In this document: positions 1 through 11,483 of the stretch, in pieces
Numbering within the stretch: the stretch's first letter is position 1
Layout of the letters: each line of letters begins with the position of its first letter
From: Fimicolochytrium jonesii
Taxonomy: Eukaryota
Reading direction: 5' to 3'
NCBI RefSeq assembly: GCF_025526975.1
Contig: NW_026515680.1
Coordinates: 310,001-374,000, forward strand
DNA length: 64,000 nucleotides
The notes under the pieces: generated by a model
What the model was told of the DNA's origin: nothing
Seen by the model: the letters and a program-made list of their open reading frames with translations, nothing else
Databases searched by the model: none
Made by a program: the position numbers and the translations under genes

Positions 1-3000
1 ATCCACGGCCCATTGCGCAAATGAGAGAAGATAGCATGGCCCAGATCGTTCTTCCTGGCCACGGGATAAAGGGCTGAGACGAATCCCTGCAGTCCACAAT
101 ATGGGAGCTTCCCATGTCCAGGAATATCATATGCGCCGTCCCCTGCAAGGTGGTGCATCAGCCGCCGCTTGAGAACCAGTAATCCAACTTGACCGCAGTG
201 CACCTACCGCTCCAATCCTCCTCCTCTGCACTGCACCGGTACAAAGCCACATTGATATCACTTATCGTCAACCGTTCGGTAGCTTCCCATAATCCGGGGG
301 GCCAGCTCAACCTATTCTCCGTGAACCACAGGTGCCCTGTGCTCAACACATCATTCCCCAACCTAATCATGCTCCTGTACCCCTGGTACGCCTCGTGTGT
401 TCCCAACAGCCGCCACAGGCGAGTGTACAAGCCCGGCAATACGGGAGAATCGGTGGTCTTGCCTGGCATCATGACCACTGAAGTCTTGTACAAGACGATG
501 GTTCCAGGCACAAAGCTTACGGGGTCGATAGTGATTGTCGTCTGCACATCGTCGTCACCATGCGGTGCCTGTTCTACGTATGTGAACGGGCTTTTGTTGG
601 TTGATAATAGCAACTTGGAGGGTAGCACTGAAATCCGACCAACACTGTCGGCAAGTCCAGATACGGATTCAAAGGCGATGTGATCATGGTACATGGACCG
701 AGGAGCTTGACCGGGCAAGACCGATTCGTTGCCCCTGTCATGGGGGTCGAATGGGTTGTGCTGGGGAGTGACGTTCCCCGGTGGGTCGGTGCCTACAGTC
801 AACGTGGCCGCGAGGAGAAGTCCCGCCCGTTGGTTGAGTAGGACGATTGGAGCGTGAGCTTGAAGACGTGATGTTTTAGCAATTCGAAGCAGTAAAGACA
901 ATATGAGATGCAGACTGGAAACCCACCATGATTTGAATGGTTTTTGTGAAATGCGCACCGTGCGATCAGAAGATACCCTTCGTGGGTAATGGGATGGATT
1001 CTATGTATCGAGAGGAACTGCAGGAACCTTAGCATACACACATGAAAGGGCGCTCACGCGAAGCACTTACGTCCTCATCCTGATTAACATGCAACTCCGA
1101 AAACCCATCCCTCGCCATGCTCTCATGCGCCTTATATAACACAGCCTTCGCAGGATGGATACCCTTCTCAAACTCCGGCTTGAAGTACTTTCGCGTCTCG
1201 TGGACGAGGTTAAGAAGCTCGGGAACAATCTCGTCGTACCCGAGCACGCTGCCTACGGCGCTGTCCGTCATGGCTACGATGGCGGCGTTGGGGAGGGTAT
1301 CCGCCGCGACGCGTTTTTGGTGAGGGGTTTCGTTGTCATGGGTGCTGTGTAGTCAATCGGTGAGCAACACCTCCACGGAACTTCAACTTCAGTTTGAAGA
1401 GTCTCACCAATCCATGAAGAGAGCGTGTGATGGAGAGCCTTTCAGCTCTACAAACAAGTCCTCGTGAAGATGCCCATGGCTGAGGCGGTCGGAAACATCA
1501 TGGCCAAGAAGCTCCAGCGGCAAATGTTCCGGATCGAGCGTCAGCGATCCTGACGAAAACCCAGGAACGAGGTCAACTTTACACCACATGCGCAGTGTCG
1601 TGATTCGTGACTGATGCGCTTACCCACAGGCTGGCCCCCAAACCGGTGCACAAGCCGACTCAACTCCTTCGAATCCCACGCATTCATCGCCTCTCTAATC
1701 AACGAATGAATCCCCAGCTTCGAGACAAACATGATATCCTTCTCCTCGGAACCCGAAAACAGCTCCGCAAAGACATAGATATCCGGATTCTCCTCCCTCG
1801 CCGCGTCCAGAAGCGCGCTGGCGACATGGATTGGGGTGGAGTGGCAGTTGTCTATTCGCAGGCCATTGAATGTCCGTGCCATTTTCTTGGTGTAGGCTTT
1901 CATGTGGTCCCAGAGCCAGGGGCTGTCTTCCTGCACACTTGTCAGATTGCAATCTCATTGGAAACGGGCACAATCCCTCCCTCTCACCGTCTTGCTCCCG
2001 TAACGAAGTTTCACGCAATCGCCCCACGCGATGACCTCCCGTCTGAGATAGGCTTTGGAGCCCGCGGCTGCGAAGTTCACAAGTGGGTCTGCGTTCCAGA
2101 TCCACCCATTGTTTGCCAGTACCAGCTCATCCTTATCTCTGTTCTTCGTCTTGGCGTTCACAGGCAAGCGGGTGAAGTAATTGTCGACCAAGGGATTCCT
2201 GTAATCAAATATAGTATGGATGGAACCATCAGCCATCGCCGATGATACTGCTGTTCCAATCCTCCCTCTATACGTACTCCCTCGACAAAGAGCCCAGTCT
2301 AGGGCCATGTTTCTCGACCCTCAGGTACTTCGCCCTCGAGCTCACATTCTCGACAATCACAGCCAAATCCGCATCAGCGTCCCTATAAAACAACAGATTC
2401 ATTTCATCAAGCGCCATAATGAACCTCGCAATCTTGTCCTCCACGTTGGTCAACCCCTTGTCGACTGCTAGCTTCTGCGTGAACTCCGCCGCAACATGGA
2501 TATCGATCTCGCGTGCGAACCGGGTGCCATCCTCCCGATCGGTGAACGCGTCTTTGCGGAGGATTTCCGCTTGCTGTTGGATGGAAAGAAACCTGAGATC
2601 TATGGATTTGTATCTGCCAGTGGTGGCTGTGTCGTCGGAGAGAGCCGCACGCAATTCCGTGATGGTTTTCTCGACGTTAATAACGTAGAACTCCCATAGT
2701 CTGAGTTTGGGAAGCACGTCGAACCGGACTGCATGCAGTACTTTGGCCAGATCTTCTTCGGTTTCGATCGTATCCTTATTGCCTGGGATTGTGCCCCAGT
2801 CCTCCGAAAACTGAAGGAGTGCTTCGTCTATTTCATAAGCAGGCCGCAAATGCGGTGCCGTTTTCAGGTTGTACCCAGCCTCGGGATGGTCTTGCAGCCA
2901 AGCGCTGTTGAACGCAGTATGGTTCCAAACGATATCCGTCGCTGTAAGGATGCCGAAGTCCGTTCGAATCTTCCCCAGGACATTCTTCAACAACGCATCC

Positions 3001-3911
3001 TTCTCATCCGCCGGCGTGTTTTCCGGGAACAAATCGTCAGAAAACGCCAACTGGTCGTAAATGCTGTACGGCGAGTTCGAACTACCCCGCATGTTCAGCG
3101 GCGCAAAATGCACCATATTGTATCCCGTCTTCGCGAACTGGTCAAAGTAGGGCGACCAGTTCGTCACGTGTGGCATCCATTTTGGCACCACCGTCAGCAT
3201 GGAGATCCCGTCCAAGGGCAAAAGCAACTTCGATGGTGCGCTGATGACAGAGTCTGTGTTTGCATTCTTATTCGGCACGTACAAGCGAGGTTCGACGACG
3301 AATGCACCGGGTATTTTGCATTTTGTGCGGTCGCCGGTTTTCCAGTCGTTGTATTCGATATAGTACTCGAAAACTCCTGGACGACGGATGTAGACGTCGG
3401 CGGTGGGATCTGTGATGCCATCGCTGTTGAATCTGCACACTTGCTGTCAGAGTGCGCCCATTGTCCTCTGCGGGTCCACTATTAGGGCACATCTCACCCA
3501 ACTTACTCGACGCTATGGTATCGATTCCTCACGAATGTCTTTCTACAAGGTGGCAACATCACCTTTAGACCCTTCCCAACCCATGAAAGATTCCATCTCG
3601 TCCAAGAACGCAAATGAGCGAATCACACTAACCCATCGATTGGATAGTTCGTATGCAGCAACGGTTGTCGCGACGCTAGCGCACCGACGGGCAGAACAAA
3701 GCGCAAAGTGTACGGCTTTGTGCTCACGGGTGGCGGAAGACGGACGAACTACAAGAAATGCTGTTAGCAACTTTGTATTTGCTTGCAGTACGTTGCAGGG
3801 ACTATTCTCTCCTGCACAGAGAATGTCCGCTGCTGGCTCGTTTTCCCACACCTTTCTAGCATTCTCTGGAGACCCGTCGTCACTCAGCCAAAGCACGAAG
3901 ATGACGGCCAT
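1..3911 (-). CDS. GDB1: Glycogen debranching enzyme (4-alpha-glucanotransferase/amylo-1,6-glucosidase), multi-exon, 3' part outside the window
   Basis: Spliced ORF pieces carry GDE motifs GYNMVHFAPL, SNSPYSIYDQL, TDIVWNHTA, WGDCVKLRYG, GLRIDNCHSTP (catalytic nucleophile region) and AELFSGSEEKD. Likely start MAVIFVLWL at 3911. Confidence 0.95.
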
Positions 3912-4514
3912 CTTGAGGGTAGCACCACGCGTCTGCACGTCTCACTTGTCGAAGTGGTCCTTCGGTGTTAAAGTGACTCGATGGAAACACCTGGTTTTTG
4001 GACGAGTGGAGGTCAGCCACGGCACTGTGCTGCAATGTCGGAGAGGTTTCGTACAAAACCCAAGATCGATGCCCCGGAGAGGTGTGGCGCTGCAACGTGC
4101 ACGGCTGCGGAACGCGTTAGGAGAACACTTTCACGCGCAGATTCGGCGTCTTCATCTTCCACGGAATTTCGGCAACGGGATGCTGTGGTGGACCCTAGTG
4201 GAAATGAGACTAATACTATCTCTAGATGACATATATTCGTTCGAAAAGGTTGGTAAAATGGGAGTAATACTGTACTGTACAAAACTGTGGTTCGTGATGG
4301 TGACCCTTCGCTACTAAGCGCCGGTAAGCTGCTGATGTCAATACGTCATTCCGTAACGTTGTGTCGGAAGAATTGTGGTGATGGAATAGACAAACCGCCG
4401 TTCCGTGCTTTCCGTCTCGCCTTCTCTGAAATGTGCTTCGAAGTTGCGTGTCGTTCACTGCATTCCGAGAACGGTCCCTCCGCCCTCCACTGGGCGGCCG
4501 ATTTTTTAAATCTA

Positions 4515-5281
4515 CTAGTCTGTGTAGCTTTTGTTGATACCGAAGATCCGGACTTTGTGCATCGCTGGCAGCTTTGCTATCAGAACAACTATCACCGAGG
4601 TGAGGTTCACCATGAATGTTGGGAAATCGTAGTGCGAGTAATGCGTGCTGATCAGGAATCTGAAAAAATGACGAGTTCCATTGATGAGCTCTCCAAAACG
4701 ATCTACATATCTATTTGGTGGAGCACACCGTAGAGTACTCACAGTAGGATTGGCATGGCGGTAAGGTACTTCCTCGACGGTGTGAACTGCACTCCGTTGT
4801 CCATCTGCTCCCATAACGTGAGGCCCTCGTACTCATTTTGATTCAGATTGAACGGGATCCCCGTCACCCAATGAAACATCACGAATGTAGACTAGAGGAA
4901 GAAAAGAAAGTCTAGTCAAGTTCATGAATGCCACATTTGACCAGAACTCTCTAGAGACCCTCAATTCTAACCAGCTTTGCTGACGGCGTACTTCCAGGCG
5001 GGTGGCACACCACAAGACCCTCAAGACTTACCACATTGTAGATCAGGTTCGTCAGTGTCCAGGACGCTTCCGTCGATATCCCTGGCAGCACCGACATGCT
5101 CAGTCTTATCAGCACCATCATCAACAAGTTTGTGAGCCATGACCCTGGTTTGGTCACGAAGCGGTTAGCATGAGGTTGACATCCCTCTTCAATATGAGAC
5201 CACAGCCGATAGGAAGAAACACTTACCTCGGAGGTTGATCCACCCACTGTTGGGGTTCGTTTGGGATATTGGTGCGTCCAT
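4515..5281 (-). CDS. ORM1: ORMDL/Orm1 family serine palmitoyltransferase regulator, multi-exon
   Basis: Spliced translation MDAPISQTNPNSGWINLRG|SWLTNLL...PGISTEASWTLTNLIYN...YEGLTLWEQMDNGVQFTPSRKYL...FLISTHYSHYD...IAKLPAMHKVRIFGINK matches ORMDL signatures. Confidence 0.93.
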
Positions 5282-5955
5282 CGGTTGTTGTTTCTGGCTC
5301 GGTGGCGGAGAGGATGTGAATGTCTCAGTTGGCTCGTAGGAGGGCCGTGGGGGATGATGGGACGCTGGACTTGAGAGGAACTGCGATACTGTTCTGAACT
5401 GGCGTCAGCGAGAGCGGAAGACAGCTAAGACAGCGAACTGGGATGCGTGGCGGTGGGTTTGGAGGTCGAATTCCGGCCGAAGGAGGTGGAAGGAGGAATA
5501 AGGCGCGCTAATTGGCAAAATCGGAGCCTACCTGCGTCACCTCTGTTCCGTTCGGCGTCTGGTTCGGCGTCCGCTTGGCTGCACAACGACGCCCACAAAT
5601 TGGCTTGGCAAGTGGGCATCACTGGGCATCATCCGGTAGTCACTCGGGGCTTCAGGCTCTATGGGCACGTCCCCTGAACCTGTCAAGCTGCTCTGATCTA
5701 CGGCACTTGGGGAAAGGAACCTGTACTGTACCTTAGCTTTGTCGCGTTCATCCAACAACGAAGTGCAAGACGATTGTCACCGCAATTTGGAAAGAGAGAC
5801 AGCACAGTTGTGGGATTGGAACGGCACAGTCGGCATAGCTATGACTATCTAATATATACATCCTAGCTCTGTGATATACACGCGATACAGGGACCATCTA
5901 GCTACGCATCTGTACTTGGTTTCGAAGCGCCTCGTTCTCGCCCCGCTTCCAAACT

Positions 5956-8059
5956 CTACTTTATCTTGAGGTCCGAGCGCTTGACCTCTCCCGTTCTCAG
6001 CAGCTTCTTCAACATCTTCGGATTATCCTGTTCGTCATGGTGTGGGGTTTGTTCCATCGGTTTCTTGACCACGACAGCCCCACTGGGCTTGTATGGCCAC
6101 AGATCGCCCCAATTGCTTTTCCTAGCGGCGGTGTACTCCTTGTCGGTAAAGGCTTTTGCTTTGGACACGGTGTAACGCTCTAGTCGGCCAGCGGGCGTGC
6201 AAGAGTCGAGCATAAAGTGTTTGCGGGCCTTGATGGGCGGGGCAATTAGGCGGGGCCACCGGTACGCCTCCTGGACGAACTCCTGCGGGTCCATGGTCCA
6301 CTGCTCAAGCAAGAGCTTTTTAAGCTGCTTGTTGTTGAGGCCTTCTGCTGGATCGATTGGTTTGGGAGGCCGGGGCCCGCGGCGCAGGACGATGTAGGAG
6401 AACTTGGTGAATTGGTGGTTCACACTCCTCGATGTAATCCCACCGCTCATTACGTTCTGCATGATGAAGTTGCGGTGCACGCGCTGGCTGAAATGGCACC
6501 AGCTGGGCTGTTCGATCATTGGGCATGTGCGGGCATGTGGGCAAGGCGCGACGATGTGGGCGCCGTCCGACGGTGAATCTGAAGGCTCGTGCGGAGTTTC
6601 TGATTTTAGCGCTGATGCATCGGATTCGGCCACGGCGTCAGGTGTCGCAGTCGTGTCTTTTTCATCGATAGCTTCATCCAGCGCTTTCTCGGAAGCATCA
6701 CCGACTTTGCCCTGTTTTTCCAAAGCCTCCCTCTTGGCCTGTTTCGCCTGGTTTTTCTCCGCATTGCTCAACAACCCCTTTGCCCCTCGAACCTTCAAAT
6801 ACGTCTCCATCGTATTCGTCCCATTCTCTTGATCCAAAATCATCGACCGAGCCTCTACGATCCGGTTGAAACCCTCCGGTGTCCCCCGGTCAATCAACAC
6901 GAGGACGTCACCCGTACGATCCCACAGCGATTGAATAGTCTGTTTTCGTAATGGATCCGTAGCGATTTCCTCTAAGGCATATGCCGATATGACAAGGTCG
7001 TATTTCTGTTGCGCGCCTGGCAGGAGACTTGTTGATGCAGCTGGGTCACTCAGAGAGGCGGTGGCGGTGGCAGCGAGAAACCGGCGCGTAGAGAAGTTTT
7101 TGATCTTGCTTCCTGGGCTCTTGGCTATGGTGTCGGCCATCTTCAGCATGGGCTCAGAGATGTCAACCCCAACATTTGTCTCGATCTGGTCCTCCCACAC
7201 TCGATTCGCAACCCATAGCGCCGTCCCCGGCCCTGTGCCGAAATCCAAAGCCGATTTCGGTTTAAAATCCGGTAACCGCTTCGCTATCTGCGCCAATACA
7301 TTCGTGATTGCTCCGTAAGTGACTCCCGCCCGGGCAGCTACGTAAGCCTGTGATTCGGCGACTCCATATTGGATGTTGTGCCCCTTCACGAATGGTTCGA
7401 CTGTTCCATCACGGTTATGTCTCACTTTCTTCGCTAATGCCCCTTGGGATAGGAGGGAGTTGTTGATGCGGTCAACGTCCTTCAGGAGCTGCAATCTCTT
7501 CAGGCCTATCCACGAAGATGCCCTCAGTTAACGCAGGAGTCCTCGACTGATTGCAAGTGACTTCCTTACCTTTGAGCTGCGTCGCAATGGCCTCCTGGAG
7601 TTCGTCCGGTACAGTGACCATCCCAATCTTATTCTTCCCTAGCCGAACTTGCGGGGATTGCCTAATCTTCTGCGTCTGCCCCTCTTCAACCTCACCCTCT
7701 AGAATTAAGTTCTCCTCAACCTCCCCATCTTCCGCCGCCTCGTCCCACGCAGCCAGCAGGTCCTTTCTTTTGTGGTTGATATTTGGCGCGAACGGCTGTT
7801 TCTTCGAGACGGCTATGTGTCCTGCTTCAACGTCCCATCCGTCGAGGTTCTGATCGGGACTTTCGCGCTCCTGCACGGATTTCTTTGAAGCTTTGCTTGA
7901 CCCTCTCTTTTTCCAGTCATAAAAGCACCGACGTTGTTGTCGCTGTGCTAATTGTTTTGGTGGTGATAATGGGGCTTGCGCATGAAGCCGACCTGTACGC
8001 GGTACTCTGGCGAGGCAGGGAGACTGAAGCTGCCGGGGGGCCCGTTGTCTGGGTAGCAT
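5956..8059 (-). CDS. RSM22: Mitochondrial small-subunit assembly factor / methyltransferase-like protein Rsm22 (METTL17)
   Basis: SAM motif LDFGTGPGT, HIVAPCPH..CPM, WCHFSQRV and ARKSNWGDLWP. Arg-rich presequence-like N-terminus. One intron near 7500-7570. Confidence 0.92.
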
Positions 8060-8267
8060 TGGTAGTCAAGTGCTCTCCAGCGCTCTTCGGAGATGGTGAA
8101 CGCAACTGCTGGAAAGGCTTGCAAGAAAAATGCCGGCCGGCGAATTGATTCGCGTCGAGTCGCGTGGGCTCTGGTCAGTGTGACCTCCTCAAGAGTCTGA
8201 GTTCTTCCTTACACAACGTTCAAGCTCGACGGCGTCCCGTCGGTCTTGACATCTCACTAGACTAGCG

Positions 8268-10693
8268 ATGACTTCATTGCGGGCCCCCGGGGCCAGGGCG
8301 ATCGTGGCCTGCCTGGTACGTAGACGGTTATCTTGAAGCGTTTACCAGTACAAACTTCCTGACTTCCGCCCAATAGGCTCGCGGGATCTTCGTTCAACCC
8401 AGGCTGGCACTGCACTCGCAAAAACGGTGGAAGGGCAGCAAGAAGGGCTCGGGGGGGCCAGGAACGTCACGATGGAATCCGCCAGCTTTTTTCGACTTCC
8501 ACCCAAGCGTTCTGCACGCGCTGCAACATAAACTGCCCGTTGTTGCGCTAGAAAGCACGATTATCAGCCATGGTAAATTGCGGTCGTGGGGTAGTCTTCG
8601 TTCGCGAAAAACTCCGAGGCGAACGTCCTAACGCGAATCTCCATCAAAGGGATGCCGTACCCGCAGAATCTTGAAACAGCGCAAGCCGTCGAGCAGATCG
8701 TCCGCGATGAGGGTTGTATTCCGGCCTCAATTTGTTTAATGGACGGCCGTGTCAAAGTTGGCCTGACAGCGGCAGAACTTGAGAAGCTAGCCAAAACGGG
8801 TCTGGCAGCGCGGAAGACGTCAAGGAGGGATCTAGCGGTGGTCTTGGCGCAGGGAGTAGTCGGTGCCACGACGGTGTCTGGAACGATGGCTATAGCTCAC
8901 ATGGCGCAAATCAAAGTGTTTGTGACGGGCGGCATCGGAGGAGTGCATCGAGGTGGAGAAGAGTCGTTGGACGTGAGTGCGGACCTGACCGAGTTGGGAC
9001 GCACGCCCGTCGCGGTGATATGTGCGGGTGCGAAATCCATTCTCGACATCCCCAGGACCTTGGAGTACCTTGAAACTCAGGGGGTAACGGTGGCCACATA
9101 CGGAGAAAGCGACGAATTCCCGGCTTTCTACACGCCCAAGAGTGGAGTCAAGAGCATGTGCAACGTTCAAACACCGGAAGAGGCCGCTAGAATCATTGGA
9201 GCGAACAGTCAGTTGAAACTTACGAGTGGAGTTGTAATCGCCGTGCCGATCCCGGAGGCAGATGCACCCAAGGACGCAGGGAAGATAGAGGAAGCTGTAG
9301 TGGATGCTGTGGAGGAAGCCAAAGTCAAGGGGATTCGCGGGAAAGACATTACTCCCTTCTTGCTCGACCGTGTGAAACAGATAACGGGTGGCGACTCGCT
9401 CACGGCGAACATCGCTTTGGTGAAGAATAATGCCCGCATTGGCAGCCGGATTGCAGCCGCGTACGCCGCTCGTCGAAAACCTCCCGCAAACCCTAAAACA
9501 GGGAACAAAAACGAAAACGACCAGCGTAATCCTATTGTCAGCGCCGAACCTTCACCTTCCTCAACACAAGAGGAAGTCGCAGACTCTGCCAGAAGTCTGT
9601 CGGGAGAGACGCAAAGCTCCGGCAAGCGCAAGGGCTCCCCACCAAAGGGACCACGCCCATTTGTCATTGGTGGGTCTGTCCTTGACATATCGGCGCGTTT
9701 CGGAGGCGCGACAAACGCAGATGGAACCCCGGTGTTTGGCGAGTCCCACCCGGGTAAATGTGTTCAGTCGTTGGGAGGTGTGGGTCGGAACGTTGCGGAA
9801 GCCTGCCACAGAACGGGAGGAAACCCGCTTCTTCTCAGCTGTGTCGGCAGGGACGTCGCAGGCGACGGACTGATCCAGGAGATGGCTGCGGTGGGCATGG
9901 ATGTCAATGGAATTCGACGCTTGGGGGGCCATTCAACAGCGATTTACAATGCGTTCCTCAAAGAAGACGGCGGTCTTCTCGGGGCGGTTGCTGATATGGA
10001 GATCCATAACCAGATACATGGCAAGGAGGTGGCCGCAAAGATTCTTGCGGAAAGACCCACCATAGTCTGCATCGACGGCAATTTGTCGGCTATGGCCATG
10101 GAGACGGTTCTCAAAGCATGTACGGAAAAACAAATACCGGTTCTGTTCGAGCCTACGTCGCAAGCCAAGGCGGTCAAGTTGTTTGAAGTCGACCTGGAGT
10201 TAATCAAAGGCTGCGTGAGATACGCGACACCGAACTCGAACGAATTTGTGGCCATGATGGAGAAGACTGGTGGAGGTATGTTTCAATGCTGATATTTGCT
10301 TTGCAACTCTCCTCAGATAACGTAGCGACCTATGTCTGCTCAGATTTGCGCAACATCATCCCGGTTATCTTGGAGAAGCGCGGCAGTGAAGGCGTACATG
10401 TGCACCATCCCAGTAAGGAAACGGAGATCCAACCAATGCGGATTGTGAAGGATTGTGTATCCGTTACAGGGGCAGGGGATAGTTTGGTTGGAACCCTCCT
10501 AACCTGCCTCAGCCGCTATCACGGAAATCCGGCGAACAAAGGTTCCTTCTTCCCCTCGGCCGCGGAGCTCATGCCTTGGGTGAGAAACGGGATGCATGCC
10601 GCGGAGCTGTCACTCGGAAGTCGGCATGCCGTTTCGAAAGACCTCACATGGGACGCAGTCTACCGCATCGCATCTCAGCGGTCAGCTGATTAG
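8268..10693 (+). CDS. Bifunctional pseudouridine-5'-phosphate glycosidase (PsuG/IndA) fused to a PfkB-family pseudouridine kinase
   Basis: PsuG motifs PVVALESTIISHG|MPYPQN, FVTGGIGGVHRG, DVSADLTELGRTPV and GKDITPFLL. PfkB motifs GGVGRNVAEA and SVTGAGDSLVG. GT-AG introns at about 8316-8376, 8573-8650 and 10275-10317. Confidence 0.93.
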
Positions 10694-10836
10694 TATATCC
10701 AAGTCGTATGCTGAGCAGGTTTTTCAGACGCAATGCCTGGGAAGAATACAAAGCCCTAATGGGGAAGCAAATTGGGAATCAATCAAAGTACTCAGATCCC
10801 GCCGGTTCAACTTGATCGTGCACATGTGTATCATAG

Positions 10837-10856
10837 TATATATATATATATATATA
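10837..10856. repeat. (TA)10 microsatellite
   Basis: Run of TA dinucleotides in the region between convergent gene ends. Confidence 0.9.
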
Positions 10857-11004
10857 CGTCGGAATAGATTACATAGATATTGAATGGTATCCTCTTGCGA
10901 CCCGGGTACTTCTTTGCCATCGCCGGTCCATGTATTGCCCTTTCGTCAGATTCTCGCGCACTTCCCCCGAAAAACGTTGCCTTTTTCCCATTGCCCACTC
11001 TATC

Positions 11005-11483
11005 TCAAAATGATGGATTCCCAGGACGATCACTCTCAGCGCCATCCACCAATGTTTTCCCAGACTTGCAGACATACATACGCGATGTGAGCATGTGTCT
11101 CTTTGCGCCCTACAAACAGTATGTGCTCCTACCTTCAGGCGATTGATCTTCGCTGCCGCGATCTCGCATTCGTTTGCTAGTCTGGTGAGCGGCAAATGAA
11201 TCCTCGTCAGCCTTGATTGCTTTCTCCTCTCTTTTTAGGCCAAGCGTGCTCCTTTCCTATAACGAGCCCATGCTTCCCCAAGGCAATCTATGACCGACCC
11301 AACCCGGCGACTCCAGTAGGCTCCAGGTCTCCGAAAGCGCATCGACCTTCCACGTACTGGAATGAATCCTTCACGAATGCCTTACATCTCATTTTGCCGC
11401 TTCACATAGCGGTAGTGTTCTTTAAGCTGCTTATATCTCGCTTCATAGTCCGTCTCTGCTGGTAGCTCCTCGTTGGACGCCAT
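11005..11483 (-). CDS. Small (~70 aa) coiled-coil protein, weakly like the INO80E/TFPT/TBRG1 N-terminal helix
   Basis: Predicted splice gives MASNEELPAETDYEARYKQLKEHYRYVKRQNEI-LANECEIAAAKINRLK, with GTAAG and GTAGG donors. The last exon is uncertain. Confidence 0.5.

Noticed and set aside
3403..4317. 304-aa + strand ORF
   Set aside because: Overlaps the 5' exons and promoter of the debranching enzyme gene in antisense, has no recognisable domain, and starts at a non-ATG codon.
10270..10320. Apparent frameshift or split in the PsuG-PsuK gene
   Set aside because: Explained by a short GTATGT...CAG intron.
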